Shown here piece after piece: positions 35,975-44,897 of a DNA stretch of 64,000 nt. Every line of letters starts with the position of its first letter. Position 1 is the stretch's first letter. A program made the position numbers and the translations under genes. The DNA comes from an uncultured Hungatella sp. (GTDB lineage: Bacteria; Bacillota; Clostridia; Lachnospirales; Lachnospiraceae): assembly GCA_949879025.1 (NCBI GenBank), contig CATLBO010000001.1:21545-85544 (forward strand). The letters run 5' to 3'. The notes beneath the pieces are model-generated. The model searched no databases, was not told the DNA's origin, and saw nothing but the letters and a program-made list of their open reading frames with translations.

Positions 35975-37282
35975 TTACTGTCTGGGTTTTCCGCATTCGC
36001 TGCAGAATTTTCCTGTATTTACGGCGCCGCAGCCGCAGGTCCACGGCCCGGCGGCAGGCCTGGGGCTGCCGCATTCACTGCAGAATTTTCCCGTGTTGGC
36101 CGTACCGCAGCTGCAGGTCCATGATCCTGACTGAGCCCTGGCTCCGTCCTGAGTCTGCCCATGGCCTTCCCTCATGCCCGAAGTCTGCGGCCCGGCCTGT
36201 TGAGCATATCCTGCTGCCTGCTGTCCATACCCTGCTGCTGGCTGAGGCTGGCCCTGGTTCATCTGCTGCCCATAGCCCATGCCTCCCTGGTTCATCTGCA
36301 TCTGCTGGAAATTCATGTTAGAAACATTCGCCATATAGCCTCCAGCCGTGTTCATCCCCACTCCCATGCCCATAAATCCGGCCATGGAACCGTTGGCATT
36401 GGAACCTGCTGCCTCCATGCCTCTTGCAATAGCGCCCTGCACATATCCCTCCCTGACAGAGGGATCGCTTAACATGGCGCCCTGGTTACGCATGTTGATC
36501 AGCTTTTGAGACTCCTCATCATAGGAAATGCTGGCAATTCCTACAGACTGGATCTCCATGCCCCGCATCTGCTTCCAGTCTTCGTCCAGCACATTGGACA
36601 TATACTTTCCCAGTTCCCGGCCTTTGGAAGACACATAGGAAATGCGGATTCCGTCTGCTGACATCTGGTTAATGGAGGACTGCAGCGCCTCCAGAAACTC
36701 ACTGAGATACTGCTCATTAATACTCTGGATCTCCACTTTGCTGCGGTTCTTGGGGATCGCCTCCCCATAGAACTTCAGAGGATCTGTTATTTTTATGGAA
36801 TAAGTTCCATGAGCCCGCAGAAAAAGCTCTGCATTATAGAACAGATCAAAATAATTAATAGGATTGCGGGTGCCGAACTTAATCCCTTTAATCTCCTGCA
36901 GATTAATGAAAAATACTTTCTGTACTGTAGGAGTGCTGCCGCCGTATTTCACACGCTGATAGGATTCTTTTAGAGTATCGCCAAACTGGCCGTTGAACAA
37001 TGAAGGCAATGAAGAATTATTAACCGTATAATAACCTTCCTCCGCCGTATAGTCTACCACCTTGCCGCCGTCTACCAGCATCATAAACTGATTCGGATAC
37101 ACATGGATCACCGATCCGTTGGAAACTGTATCTACAGTCCCTTTTGTATTAGAGCCCTTCCGAATCTTTACTCCGTTTGTAAAAACAGTCTGATCTCCCA
37201 TTTCTCCGGCCTCAATGACCTCCAGCCACTGGTCTGCCAGAGAACCGCCTATGGCTGCGCCGATTGCCTTAATAATTCCCAT
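35975..37282 (-). CDS. SPFH/band-7-like protein (YdjI-like) with two C-terminal zinc ribbons
   Basis: MGIIKA...LADQWLE, SNGSVIHV, KFGTRNP, RAHGTYSIKITDP; C-terminal WTCxCGxxNTGKFCSECG twice. Confidence 0.88.
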   Translation of the reverse strand: MGIIKAIGAAIGGSLADQWLEVIEAGEMGDQTVFTNGVKIRKGSNTKGTVDTVSNGSVIHVYPNQFMMLVDGGKVVDYTAEEGYYTVNNSSLPSLFNGQFGDTLKESYQRVKYGGSTPTVQKVFFINLQEIKGIKFGTRNPINYFDLFYNAELFLRAHGTYSIKITDPLKFYGEAIPKNRSKVEIQSINEQYLSEFLEALQSSINQMSADGIRISYVSSKGRELGKYMSNVLDEDWKQMRGMEIQSVGIASISYDEESQKLINMRNQGAMLSDPSVREGYVQGAIARGMEAAGSNANGSMAGFMGMGVGMNTAGGYMANVSNMNFQQMQMNQGGMGYGQQMNQGQPQPAAGYGQQAAGYAQQAGPQTSGMREGHGQTQDGARAQSGSWTCSCGTANTGKFCSECGSPRPAAGPWTCGCGAVNTGKFCSECGKPRQ

Positions 37283-37343
37283 ATGTCAATCCCTCCTGAA
37301 CCTTAATTCTTTTTCTTAAGTATACCGTTTTAAAGCCTTGAAA

Positions 37344-38300
37344 TCAATGATTTTCCCTCTCAACCCGATGCAGTTTCCACACCCTGACATCAACAGGCAT
37401 AACTCCTGTGCCGCAGTATTCGCAGAACTTACTTCCCAGCCTGGTAATGGGGGCTCCGCAATTAGGGCATGTTACCCCTATGGCAGTTGCCAAATCTTTT
37501 ATCTTTGACAGATCCTGTATGTAAATCAGTTCCATATTGTATCTGGTCTGTTCTTTGCGGATTTTATCTTGGATTTCTGATTTTTTGTTTCCTCTTTGCC
37601 TGGCTCCTTCTGCTTTTCCTGAGCGTCTGCTTTCGTTCCGGCTTTCATTTACCCACCAGCTTCCTGCACCATTCCCTGGCTCTTCCTCCTTCTTTATCTC
37701 TTCATAATAATACTCTACTGCAGACTGCAGTTTTATGATGCACATTCCTGCCTCTTTCTGGTATCTTGAAATCTCTGTCTGATGAATCCTTACCTGCCTA
37801 TAGCTTTCCCTGACTCCTCTGCGTCTTTGATCTTCTATTCGGAGTTCTACCTGCTTCCTCAGTTCCTCTGAAACCGCAGAAACTGACATTTTGCTGCCTT
37901 TTCCATTTGCGGTCAGCATCTGATCACTGCTGTTTTGTTCCCACGGCTTCCCTAAGCTGCCGCCCTCTAATGCCGTCACATTCTGGGAGCTTAGTGCCTC
38001 CAAGTATGCCTTCAGCATGTTCTCACACATCTGTTTCCACTGAGCCCAGTGGAACTCCGGAAAATCGGCCTCTATCTGAGGCAGGCAAAGCTTTGTCATC
38101 CCAGATACGGATTTAGGCGTTTCTGCCAAAATATCTGCCTGCCTCTCCAATCCTTCCGCAAGAGAAGGCGTTCCGAACATAGCTTTTGAAATCATGCGCA
38201 CCTGCCTGCGTATCCGAAACCAGGCATATGCTCCTCCAGCCAGCAGTACGATCCCCGCCACAAGCCCCGGTGATCCGGCAAGGGCTCCTAATACTTCCAT
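37344..38300 (-). CDS. Membrane-anchored protein with Tim44-like region and C-terminal zinc ribbon
   Basis: N-terminal TM, TPKSVSGMT, IEADFPEF, C-terminal CPNCGAP...CEYCG; GGAGG RBS before MEVLGA. Confidence 0.75.
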   Translation of the reverse strand: MEVLGALAGSPGLVAGIVLLAGGAYAWFRIRRQVRMISKAMFGTPSLAEGLERQADILAETPKSVSGMTKLCLPQIEADFPEFHWAQWKQMCENMLKAYLEALSSQNVTALEGGSLGKPWEQNSSDQMLTANGKGSKMSVSAVSEELRKQVELRIEDQRRRGVRESYRQVRIHQTEISRYQKEAGMCIIKLQSAVEYYYEEIKKEEEPGNGAGSWWVNESRNESRRSGKAEGARQRGNKKSEIQDKIRKEQTRYNMELIYIQDLSKIKDLATAIGVTCPNCGAPITRLGSKFCEYCGTGVMPVDVRVWKLHRVERENH

Positions 38301-39136
38301 CTTCGTTTCCTCCTGGGATTCACCTGATTTACCGCTGCCCATAAGCATGCCCCTGCCAGCAGAAGCTGCATGATTATGCCAAGCCACAGCCAGTCCCCTG
38401 CTGTCAGCCGCTGAAGCGAACTGCCCGTCCATGTCTGCAGTACAGAAATCCGCCGCACATTGCCCAGCTGCTCTCCCATAGCGGCTCCAAAAGGAACTCC
38501 TGGATTTAAAAGCAGCAGCCATACAAGAAAAGAGAACCCGGAAGAACCGCCAAACCGCACAGCGGCCGCTGTCCCCAAAACTAAAGCAGCCATAACACAA
38601 TAACTTACCACCGTAGCAATGGTAGATTTTCTGAACATGGAGGAACAGCAGATGCCTATGCTTCCTGACAAAACTGCTGCAGATATAAAGCTCATTAAAA
38701 GAAGGACAATATCTTTTATTGTCACGCCGCCGTAGATAAACACCAATGCCAATATAGGGAAGCTGGATATAATAAGCAAAATCATGGTGGACAATCCTGT
38801 CATCAGTTTCCCGACCACAATATCCATCGGGGTCATGCGGGTGGTCAGAAGCAGATTCAGGGTCTGCCTTTCCCGCTCTCCGCTGATACTTCCTGCAGTA
38901 AGGGCAGGCACAATTAAAAGGATCATCACAAATTCAATGCATGCTACAAGAATATACAAATTCAGAAAACTGGAATACTGGATCTCCGCTGTAACTTTTG
39001 CCTGGGTAACCATAGAATACATATTCAGAAGGGCAGCCAGTGACAAAATGGTATTGCACAGAAAAATAATAAGCGGAAGCCGGAATGATCTAGAGCTTAC
39101 CCTGGCTTCCTGCCAATAGATCGGATTAATTTTCAC
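38288..39136 (-). CDS. ABC-2 type transporter permease
   Basis: NPIY, PALTAGSISGERERQTLNLLLTT, IVVGKL, about 6 TM; probable GTG start. Confidence 0.88.
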   Translation of the reverse strand: MKINPIYWQEARVSSRSFRLPLIIFLCNTILSLAALLNMYSMVTQAKVTAEIQYSSFLNLYILVACIEFVMILLIVPALTAGSISGERERQTLNLLLTTRMTPMDIVVGKLMTGLSTMILLIISSFPILALVFIYGGVTIKDIVLLLMSFISAAVLSGSIGICCSSMFRKSTIATVVSYCVMAALVLGTAAAVRFGGSSGFSFLVWLLLLNPGVPFGAAMGEQLGNVRRISVLQTWTGSSLQRLTAGDWLWLGIIMQLLLAGACLWAAVNQVNPRRKRRWKY

Positions 39137-40073
39137 TGATAAGCACCATCCCTTCCTCATGATTGATAATCTGCATAAATACGGATTCCAGGCTTCCTCT
39201 TTCCCTCACAAACCCGCAGACCATGACTCCTGCCTCAACCAGCTGCTTCAGCAGTACTGCCTCATCCTCCTGCTCTCCGGTAAAACCAACCATAATATCA
39301 TTCTGACGTATGGTGATCGTCTCCACATAGGGGTGGGACCGCAGCAGATTCAAAGCCTGCTCTTTATTTCTGCATACTGTGATCAGCAAAGGGCTTCTTA
39401 CGTTGATCTGGTTTAAAATATCGTTTATAGAACCTTCCAGCACCATTTTCCCCTGTTCAACAATCCCGATGTCTGTACAAACCTCTGACAGTTCCGATAA
39501 AATATGGGAACTGATGACTACGGTTTTCCCCTGCTCCCGAAGTTCCTTTAAAATCTCTTTAAATTCATATCTGGTTCCCGGGTCCAGCCCTGATGTAGGT
39601 TCATCCATAACCAGAATCGGCGGGTTATGAATCAATGCCCTTGCCAGACAAAGTCTCTGCTTCATTCCCCTGGACAGCCCATCCACATAATAATCTGATT
39701 TTTCTCCCAGCCCCACCTGCTCCAGCAAATCCCAGGAGCGCTTTCTTGCATTTAAGCCGTATAGGCCGCCACAGGCAGAAAACAGCTCCATATATTCCCA
39801 AACCTTAAGGTTGTCGTAAACACCAAAGAAATCAGGGACATAGCCGATTTTTTCTGTAACCTTTCCTGGTTCTTTCACTGCGTCAATGCCATCCACGATC
39901 ACGCTGCCGCTGTCCGGAAGCAGCAGTCCTGTAAGGATCTTTATGGTTGTGGTCTTCCCTGCTCCGTTAGGCCCTACAAAACCGTACAAAGCTCCTGCAT
40001 TTACGCACATGCACAGTCCGTCTAAGGCAGCCATACGGCCATACATTTTTTTCAGACCTTCCACTTTCAGCAT
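39126..40073 (-). CDS. ABC transporter ATP-binding protein
   Basis: GPNGAGKTT, LSRGMKQR, MDEPTSGLDP, ISSHILSEL. Confidence 0.93.
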   Translation of the reverse strand: MLKVEGLKKMYGRMAALDGLCMCVNAGALYGFVGPNGAGKTTTIKILTGLLLPDSGSVIVDGIDAVKEPGKVTEKIGYVPDFFGVYDNLKVWEYMELFSACGGLYGLNARKRSWDLLEQVGLGEKSDYYVDGLSRGMKQRLCLARALIHNPPILVMDEPTSGLDPGTRYEFKEILKELREQGKTVVISSHILSELSEVCTDIGIVEQGKMVLEGSINDILNQINVRSPLLITVCRNKEQALNLLRSHPYVETITIRQNDIMVGFTGEQEDEAVLLKQLVEAGVMVCGFVRERGSLESVFMQIINHEEGMVLISEN

Positions 40074-42532
40074 CAGCCTTCCCTCCCCACAATCTCCACC
40101 ATAGGAAGCAATACATTTAAACTATAGTCCGCCCTGTTTTCATAAACATATTTTACCGTAATGGAATTGCCTGGTGAAAGGTAAGGCACCAGATCGCGTT
40201 CCTCATACACTTCCTTCATTGAGTCCATTAAATCGAAGTTTCCCGTACTGTGATTATAAAAATAAATGTTTCCTGCAAACAGATTTAAATTGCGGCCAGC
40301 CCCTTCCCCTGCAAAAACAGAGGACACAGGGCGTAATATGAGCTTTTCAATCTGTACGTCATTTCCCAAAGAATATTCCAGAGTTACCGGGTCTCCTCCA
40401 TACAGCATGTTGCTGGCGGAATCATAGCTTCCTCCTGACACCTGAGGAGTCCTGATCAGCCCTGAGCGGTAAAGTATCTGATCATCACTGGAATACACAT
40501 TGATGTCCGAGGCTGCCACGGTCTTTCCTTCAGCCTTTCCGCTGCTGAGAAGATACGCCCCGTCCTCATCTCTCTGGCTGAACACGCCGATGATCTTCGC
40601 ATTAGGTGAATAATCAGGCATAAAATTGTTAAGATAGAACGTCAGCACATTCGTTTTCGCCACTGCTTCCAGATACTGGTCATTATTTATATCCGCCTTC
40701 TCAAATTCGTTCTGCCCTGACAGATAGGTGGCCACCTGATAGGAGTGATTCAGTGGGTATGTCAAAACTTCCAGCCCATCCAGAGAATATGATACTCCTG
40801 GCTCCATATCTCCAAGATAAATCAGTTTGCCGTAAAGAAGCACTGCACAGTCTTCCAGAGTCTCCTTAAAATGGCTGGTAATCGTTCCTGTATATTTCCC
40901 TTGGGCAATCTCAATGTCTCCTTCAAATCCCGCCCCTTCTGTGTTGGCTGTCACTTTGTCCATCTGAAAATATCTTGCATCAAAAGCCGGCACTGACTGG
41001 ATCGATACAACCGTTTTGTCCTGAAGGTAGTCTGCTTTTATGCTGTAATCTTCCATTCCTGTAAACTTCTTTCCTGCCCCTGACGGCTCTGCGCCATAAT
41101 AATTTTGAGTTACAGGCTTTACCCAGTACCCGGAAGCCAATTCTGTTTCATGAGGCCTGTTATATGGGGCCTGAATATTCATATAAGCCGTATCGCTTAC
41201 CGTATCATAAGTAACCTCCAAAAAGCGGGCGTAGGTATAAAACGTGTCCTTAAAACGCGTTGTGCTTCCCATCAGCCAAATGATCACTGTAAACAGCACA
41301 GACAGAACCATGACACTGCCCATATAGTATTCCGTCAGATCACGCTGTTTTAAAAAAACGTACAGTCCGATTCCTGCCAAGAATACGTAGATCATGATCT
41401 CCATGGTGTAGAGTCCCATATTGGGAAGCCGTCTGACATTACCTGTATTAAGCATGTCCCTTACTGACCAGTACTGTCCGGAATTGCCGCTGTATACCGA
41501 CTCCGCCAGAGCGGTGATCCTGTTTTCTCCCAAAATCCCCGTAAGAAGCTTGTCCAGATAGGAGGGATTTTCCCGGCAAAATGCTCCGATATCCACAAAG
41601 TCATAAGCCGCCACGGCAATGATGCCTCTTCGGTAAGTTACAGCGCTCAGGAGAACCTGTGAGTCATCCTCCAGTACCACGTTTCCTCCGGACAGAGAAA
41701 ATTCCACGCAGGGAATCTCCAGAATAGTGGGGCTGGGAGTCTCCTGAGTGTAATGATCTTTCATATCAATTCGGCGAAGACAGGGTTCCTCATACATCTC
41801 CTCCAATAGTTCCGGTGCAAACCTGCCCAAAGTGCCGTCAACATTCGTACCGGTTCCCAGTATCATTACCCCTCCGCTGCGCACCCATTCAATAAGCACC
41901 TGGCTTTGTGCATCTGACAGATCCCGGATACGGAAATCCGTAACAAGCATCACATCAATCATATCCAGGCCCAGTTTATCTTCTGGAAAATTCAATGTAT
42001 CAAATGGTATGGTTCTGGTGCGGAGCATGCCATAGTCCACTCCCACTCTGTCCCAGCCTATAAGGGCCTCCGGCACATTGCTTAAAACGCCTACAAACAA
42101 TTCCGGCACATCCAGGCTGAAGTCCAGCTGCAGCCGCTTATGAGCCGCCTGCTGCCCCTGCTCGTCTACCACTGTTGCAAACAGCTGATCCGACCGGTTC
42201 CCCATAGGAATGTACAAATGCATTTCCTGTTCCTGCCCCGGGTCTGCGGAAACGGGATAATCATAGCGGTAAACTTCATAATCCGATTCCATTACCAGAA
42301 TCTGGAGTTTTCCGTTTAGTGCTGCCCCTCCCTGATTCTGTATGCTTACATCCAGCGGCACATATCTGCCGCCTTTTGCCGCCCCTTCATATCCGTATTC
42401 TACATCCAGGATGATTCCTAATTCATCCTGATCTTCCATACCGTCGTATGCTCCTGCCCACAGGGTCATAACGGCAGAAAGGGCCAGCAGAAATACCAGC
42501 GGCCCTATAAGCAGTCTCTTTTTAAAATTCAT
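40073..42532 (-). CDS. Large membrane protein with two extracellular regions (ABC-associated)
   Basis: Signal peptide, GATase-like segment (LIEWVRSGGVMILG), two central TM helices. Overlaps both neighbours; start at MNFKKR. Confidence 0.75.
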   Translation of the reverse strand: MNFKKRLLIGPLVFLLALSAVMTLWAGAYDGMEDQDELGIILDVEYGYEGAAKGGRYVPLDVSIQNQGGAALNGKLQILVMESDYEVYRYDYPVSADPGQEQEMHLYIPMGNRSDQLFATVVDEQGQQAAHKRLQLDFSLDVPELFVGVLSNVPEALIGWDRVGVDYGMLRTRTIPFDTLNFPEDKLGLDMIDVMLVTDFRIRDLSDAQSQVLIEWVRSGGVMILGTGTNVDGTLGRFAPELLEEMYEEPCLRRIDMKDHYTQETPSPTILEIPCVEFSLSGGNVVLEDDSQVLLSAVTYRRGIIAVAAYDFVDIGAFCRENPSYLDKLLTGILGENRITALAESVYSGNSGQYWSVRDMLNTGNVRRLPNMGLYTMEIMIYVFLAGIGLYVFLKQRDLTEYYMGSVMVLSVLFTVIIWLMGSTTRFKDTFYTYARFLEVTYDTVSDTAYMNIQAPYNRPHETELASGYWVKPVTQNYYGAEPSGAGKKFTGMEDYSIKADYLQDKTVVSIQSVPAFDARYFQMDKVTANTEGAGFEGDIEIAQGKYTGTITSHFKETLEDCAVLLYGKLIYLGDMEPGVSYSLDGLEVLTYPLNHSYQVATYLSGQNEFEKADINNDQYLEAVAKTNVLTFYLNNFMPDYSPNAKIIGVFSQRDEDGAYLLSSGKAEGKTVAASDINVYSSDDQILYRSGLIRTPQVSGGSYDSASNMLYGGDPVTLEYSLGNDVQIEKLILRPVSSVFAGEGAGRNLNLFAGNIYFYNHSTGNFDLMDSMKEVYEERDLVPYLSPGNSITVKYVYENRADYSLNVLLPMVEIVGREG

Positions 42533-43673
42533 GTTTGTCTCCCGGGTTTCCGAAATTTTCTTTATTAATATCAAAATCCACCTGAAGCCTGACTGTAAAT
42601 ACAGTCCCATTCAGATCACTGTCCACTCCTATGGTTCCGCCATGCATCTCCACAATATTCCTGGCAATCGCCAGCCCAAGACCGGTTCCTCCTGTATTGG
42701 AGGAGCGGGACTGCTCCACCCTGTAAAATTTTTCAAACAAAAGGGGCAGCTCCTCTTTCGGTATTACATATCCATAGTTGGTAACAGACACCGTTACCAT
42801 GGTTTCTGCGGCATGAATCTTCACCACAATACGTTTTCCCTCTGCTCCGTATTTAATGGCATTATTGATCAGATTATCAAACAGCCTCGCCAGCAGATTG
42901 CCATCTGCATTAATCATCTTTGCCGGAACATTGCTCTGCAATTCATACGCCAGATTTTTATCCATAAAATTGGGATAAAATTCTTCCAGCAGCTGGCTTA
43001 ACAGTTTTACAATGTCTACCTTCGTAACTTTCATAGATACTTTTCCGTAATTCAGCTTCGTGAATCCAAATAAATCCTCTATAAGCTTTTCCAGACGCTT
43101 TGCTTTTGTATAAGTGATATTAATATATTTTTTCTCCATCTCCGGGGTTATATTCGTGGAAACAGACAGCAGTTCCAGATAACCGATAATAGATGTAAGC
43201 GGCGTCCTTAAGTCATGGGCTATGTTGGTAATCAGCTCATTTTTCGTTCGTTCCGACTCCCGCTCCTTGTCCATCAAAGTACGTATATCTCCCACCATTT
43301 TGTTTAGATTGGCAGCCATAGCAGAAAACTCGTCATCTCCTACTACCTCCACAGTGGTATTTAAGTCCCCTTCGGAAATATTGCGGATCGCAGTGGAAAG
43401 CTTTATGATATAGTCCATAGATTTTTTCTGCAGTACAAGAAATGCCGCAGAAAATGTGGCGATTCCAGCCAATACATACAAAAGCGTAATGACTGCGTCC
43501 GGCTGATAAAAGACAGCCTGCAGGGATTTATCCCTGCCCTGACGCACAGCATACTCTCCCAACATAGTAAGATTGGTCACGAGAAACAGAACCACCAGAC
43601 AGGCGAACATGGCACTGAATATAATATTGGTGATCACTCTTGTATGAAACCGACGGCTCATATCATTTTTCAA
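42522..43673 (-). CDS. Sensor histidine kinase (HAMP-HisKA-HATPase, VanS-like)
   Basis: Two TM helices with a short loop, AHDLRTPLTS, NLINNAIKY, GGTGLGLAIA. Confidence 0.92.
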   Translation of the reverse strand: MKNDMSRRFHTRVITNIIFSAMFACLVVLFLVTNLTMLGEYAVRQGRDKSLQAVFYQPDAVITLLYVLAGIATFSAAFLVLQKKSMDYIIKLSTAIRNISEGDLNTTVEVVGDDEFSAMAANLNKMVGDIRTLMDKERESERTKNELITNIAHDLRTPLTSIIGYLELLSVSTNITPEMEKKYINITYTKAKRLEKLIEDLFGFTKLNYGKVSMKVTKVDIVKLLSQLLEEFYPNFMDKNLAYELQSNVPAKMINADGNLLARLFDNLINNAIKYGAEGKRIVVKIHAAETMVTVSVTNYGYVIPKEELPLLFEKFYRVEQSRSSNTGGTGLGLAIARNIVEMHGGTIGVDSDLNGTVFTVRLQVDFDINKENFGNPGDKHEF

Positions 43674-44367
43674 TTTTGTATCCTACCCCCCACACTGTGG
43701 TGATGATCTTATTCTGCCTGGTGTCTTCTTTCATCTTTCCTCTAAGGCGCCGGATATGTACCATGACTGTATTATTGGCCTCATAAACCTTCTCATTCCA
43801 CACCTTCTCAAAAATCTCGTCAGTACTGAACACTTTTCCCGGGTTAGAGGCCAGAAGATATAAAATGTCAAATTCAATGGGAGTCAGCTTTATCTCTTCC
43901 CCATAAACCGTTACCTTATGATTATCTTTATTAATCACCAGGCCTTTAATAGAAATCTCGTTTCTGCCTTCTTCTCTGGATGCACTGTTGGGATTTAACT
44001 GAGTATATCGCCGCAGCTGGGACTTTACCCTTGCTGTCAGCTCCAGAGGGTTAAACGGCTTTACTACATAATCATCTGCTCCTGTGCCAAGCCCCAGAAT
44101 CTTGTCAAGGTCTGTGGAGCGGGCGCTGAGCATGATAATCGGAATATTATTGGTTTCCCTTATCTTTTTGCACATCTCCAGGCCATCCATGCCCGGCATC
44201 ATAATATCAAGAAGCACCAGATGAATCTCTTCTTTCTCAAGAATGCTCAATCCGTCCTGGGCATTGCCTGCCTTAAATACTCTATATCCATCGCTAACCA
44301 GATAAATTTCCACCAGGTCCGCAATCTCATTTTCATCATCAACTACCAGAATACTGATCTGTGACAT
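43663..44367 (-). CDS. OmpR/PhoB-family response regulator (VanR-like)
   Basis: VVDDE, LLDIMMP, GADDYVVKPF, TVMVHIRRLR, TVWGVGYK. Confidence 0.93.
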   Translation of the reverse strand: MSQISILVVDDENEIADLVEIYLVSDGYRVFKAGNAQDGLSILEKEEIHLVLLDIMMPGMDGLEMCKKIRETNNIPIIMLSARSTDLDKILGLGTGADDYVVKPFNPLELTARVKSQLRRYTQLNPNSASREEGRNEISIKGLVINKDNHKVTVYGEEIKLTPIEFDILYLLASNPGKVFSTDEIFEKVWNEKVYEANNTVMVHIRRLRGKMKEDTRQNKIITTVWGVGYKIEK

Positions 44368-44487
44368 GGAATGTCCTCCTTTTTCTGCAGCGTTTCTTTC
44401 AAGGTTCGCCTTTGTTTATCCATCATATCACATAAAGGGGGATTTTGCTTTACTTTTTCATTAAAAAAACACAGGGGAATCTCTGTC

Positions 44488-44505
44488 AAATTCCCGTAAA
44501 TTCCC
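44488..44505. promoter_or_regulatory. Direct repeat, candidate OmpR-family binding site
   Basis: AAATTCCC repeated at 10-bp spacing (44488, 44498), upstream of a minus-strand TGATATGAT extended -10 at ~44422-44430. Confidence 0.35.
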
Positions 44506-44545
44506 TTACATGGCTGTAATTTTCAGAGCTAAGGGAAGATCGTTA

Positions 44546-44593
44546 AGGCGAAGCTGCAGGCAGGGCACTCAACGGCAAAAGCAGAATCCGCCT
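44546..44593 (-). repeat. Repeat family 2, short inverted copy lacking the long hairpin
   Basis: Reverse complement AGGCGGATTCTGCTTTTGCC-12 nt-GCCTGCAGCTTCGCCT matches the left terminus of copy B at 18/20 nt and resembles its right terminus. Confidence 0.7.
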
Positions 44594-44716
44594 GCCTAAA
44601 TCCTTGAGCAGATGACGCCGGCCCATACACGGAAAGCCTTCTCTATATCAATCATTAGCGCTGCGAGCAAACCATGCTCACATAACCATTAAATTTCCTG
44701 CAGCATATCATCAGAT

Positions 44717-44872
44717 TAAGCGAATTCTGCTTTTGCCCCAAGGGCTCCATCTCCTGGCAGGGTGAATTAATGCCGTGGAGAAGAGACCTGTTTTTCGGGC
44801 TCTTCGGAACGTTTGGCAATTCTGAACTCTGCCAGGAGATGGAACCCTTGGGGCCTGCGACAACTCCGCCTA
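44717..44872 (+). repeat. Long-hairpin repeat family 2, copy B
   Basis: 27-bp stem 44735-44761 / 44828-44854 (25 Watson-Crick, 1 G.U, 1 mismatch) enclosing 66 nt; homologous to copy A with compensatory changes. Confidence 0.9.
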
Positions 44873-44897
44873 ATCATCATTTATACTGCGAATCCTC

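Noticed and set aside
35868-36074. Short ORFs sharing the peptide AHLAYLNLCRL.GGGLL (also in 48601..48837)
   Set aside because: The similarity comes from translating repeat family 1; no RBS or independent coding evidence.
42522-44367. VanRS-like pair as a vancomycin resistance cluster
   Set aside because: No vanH/A/X/Y/T or D-Ala ligase gene in the window.
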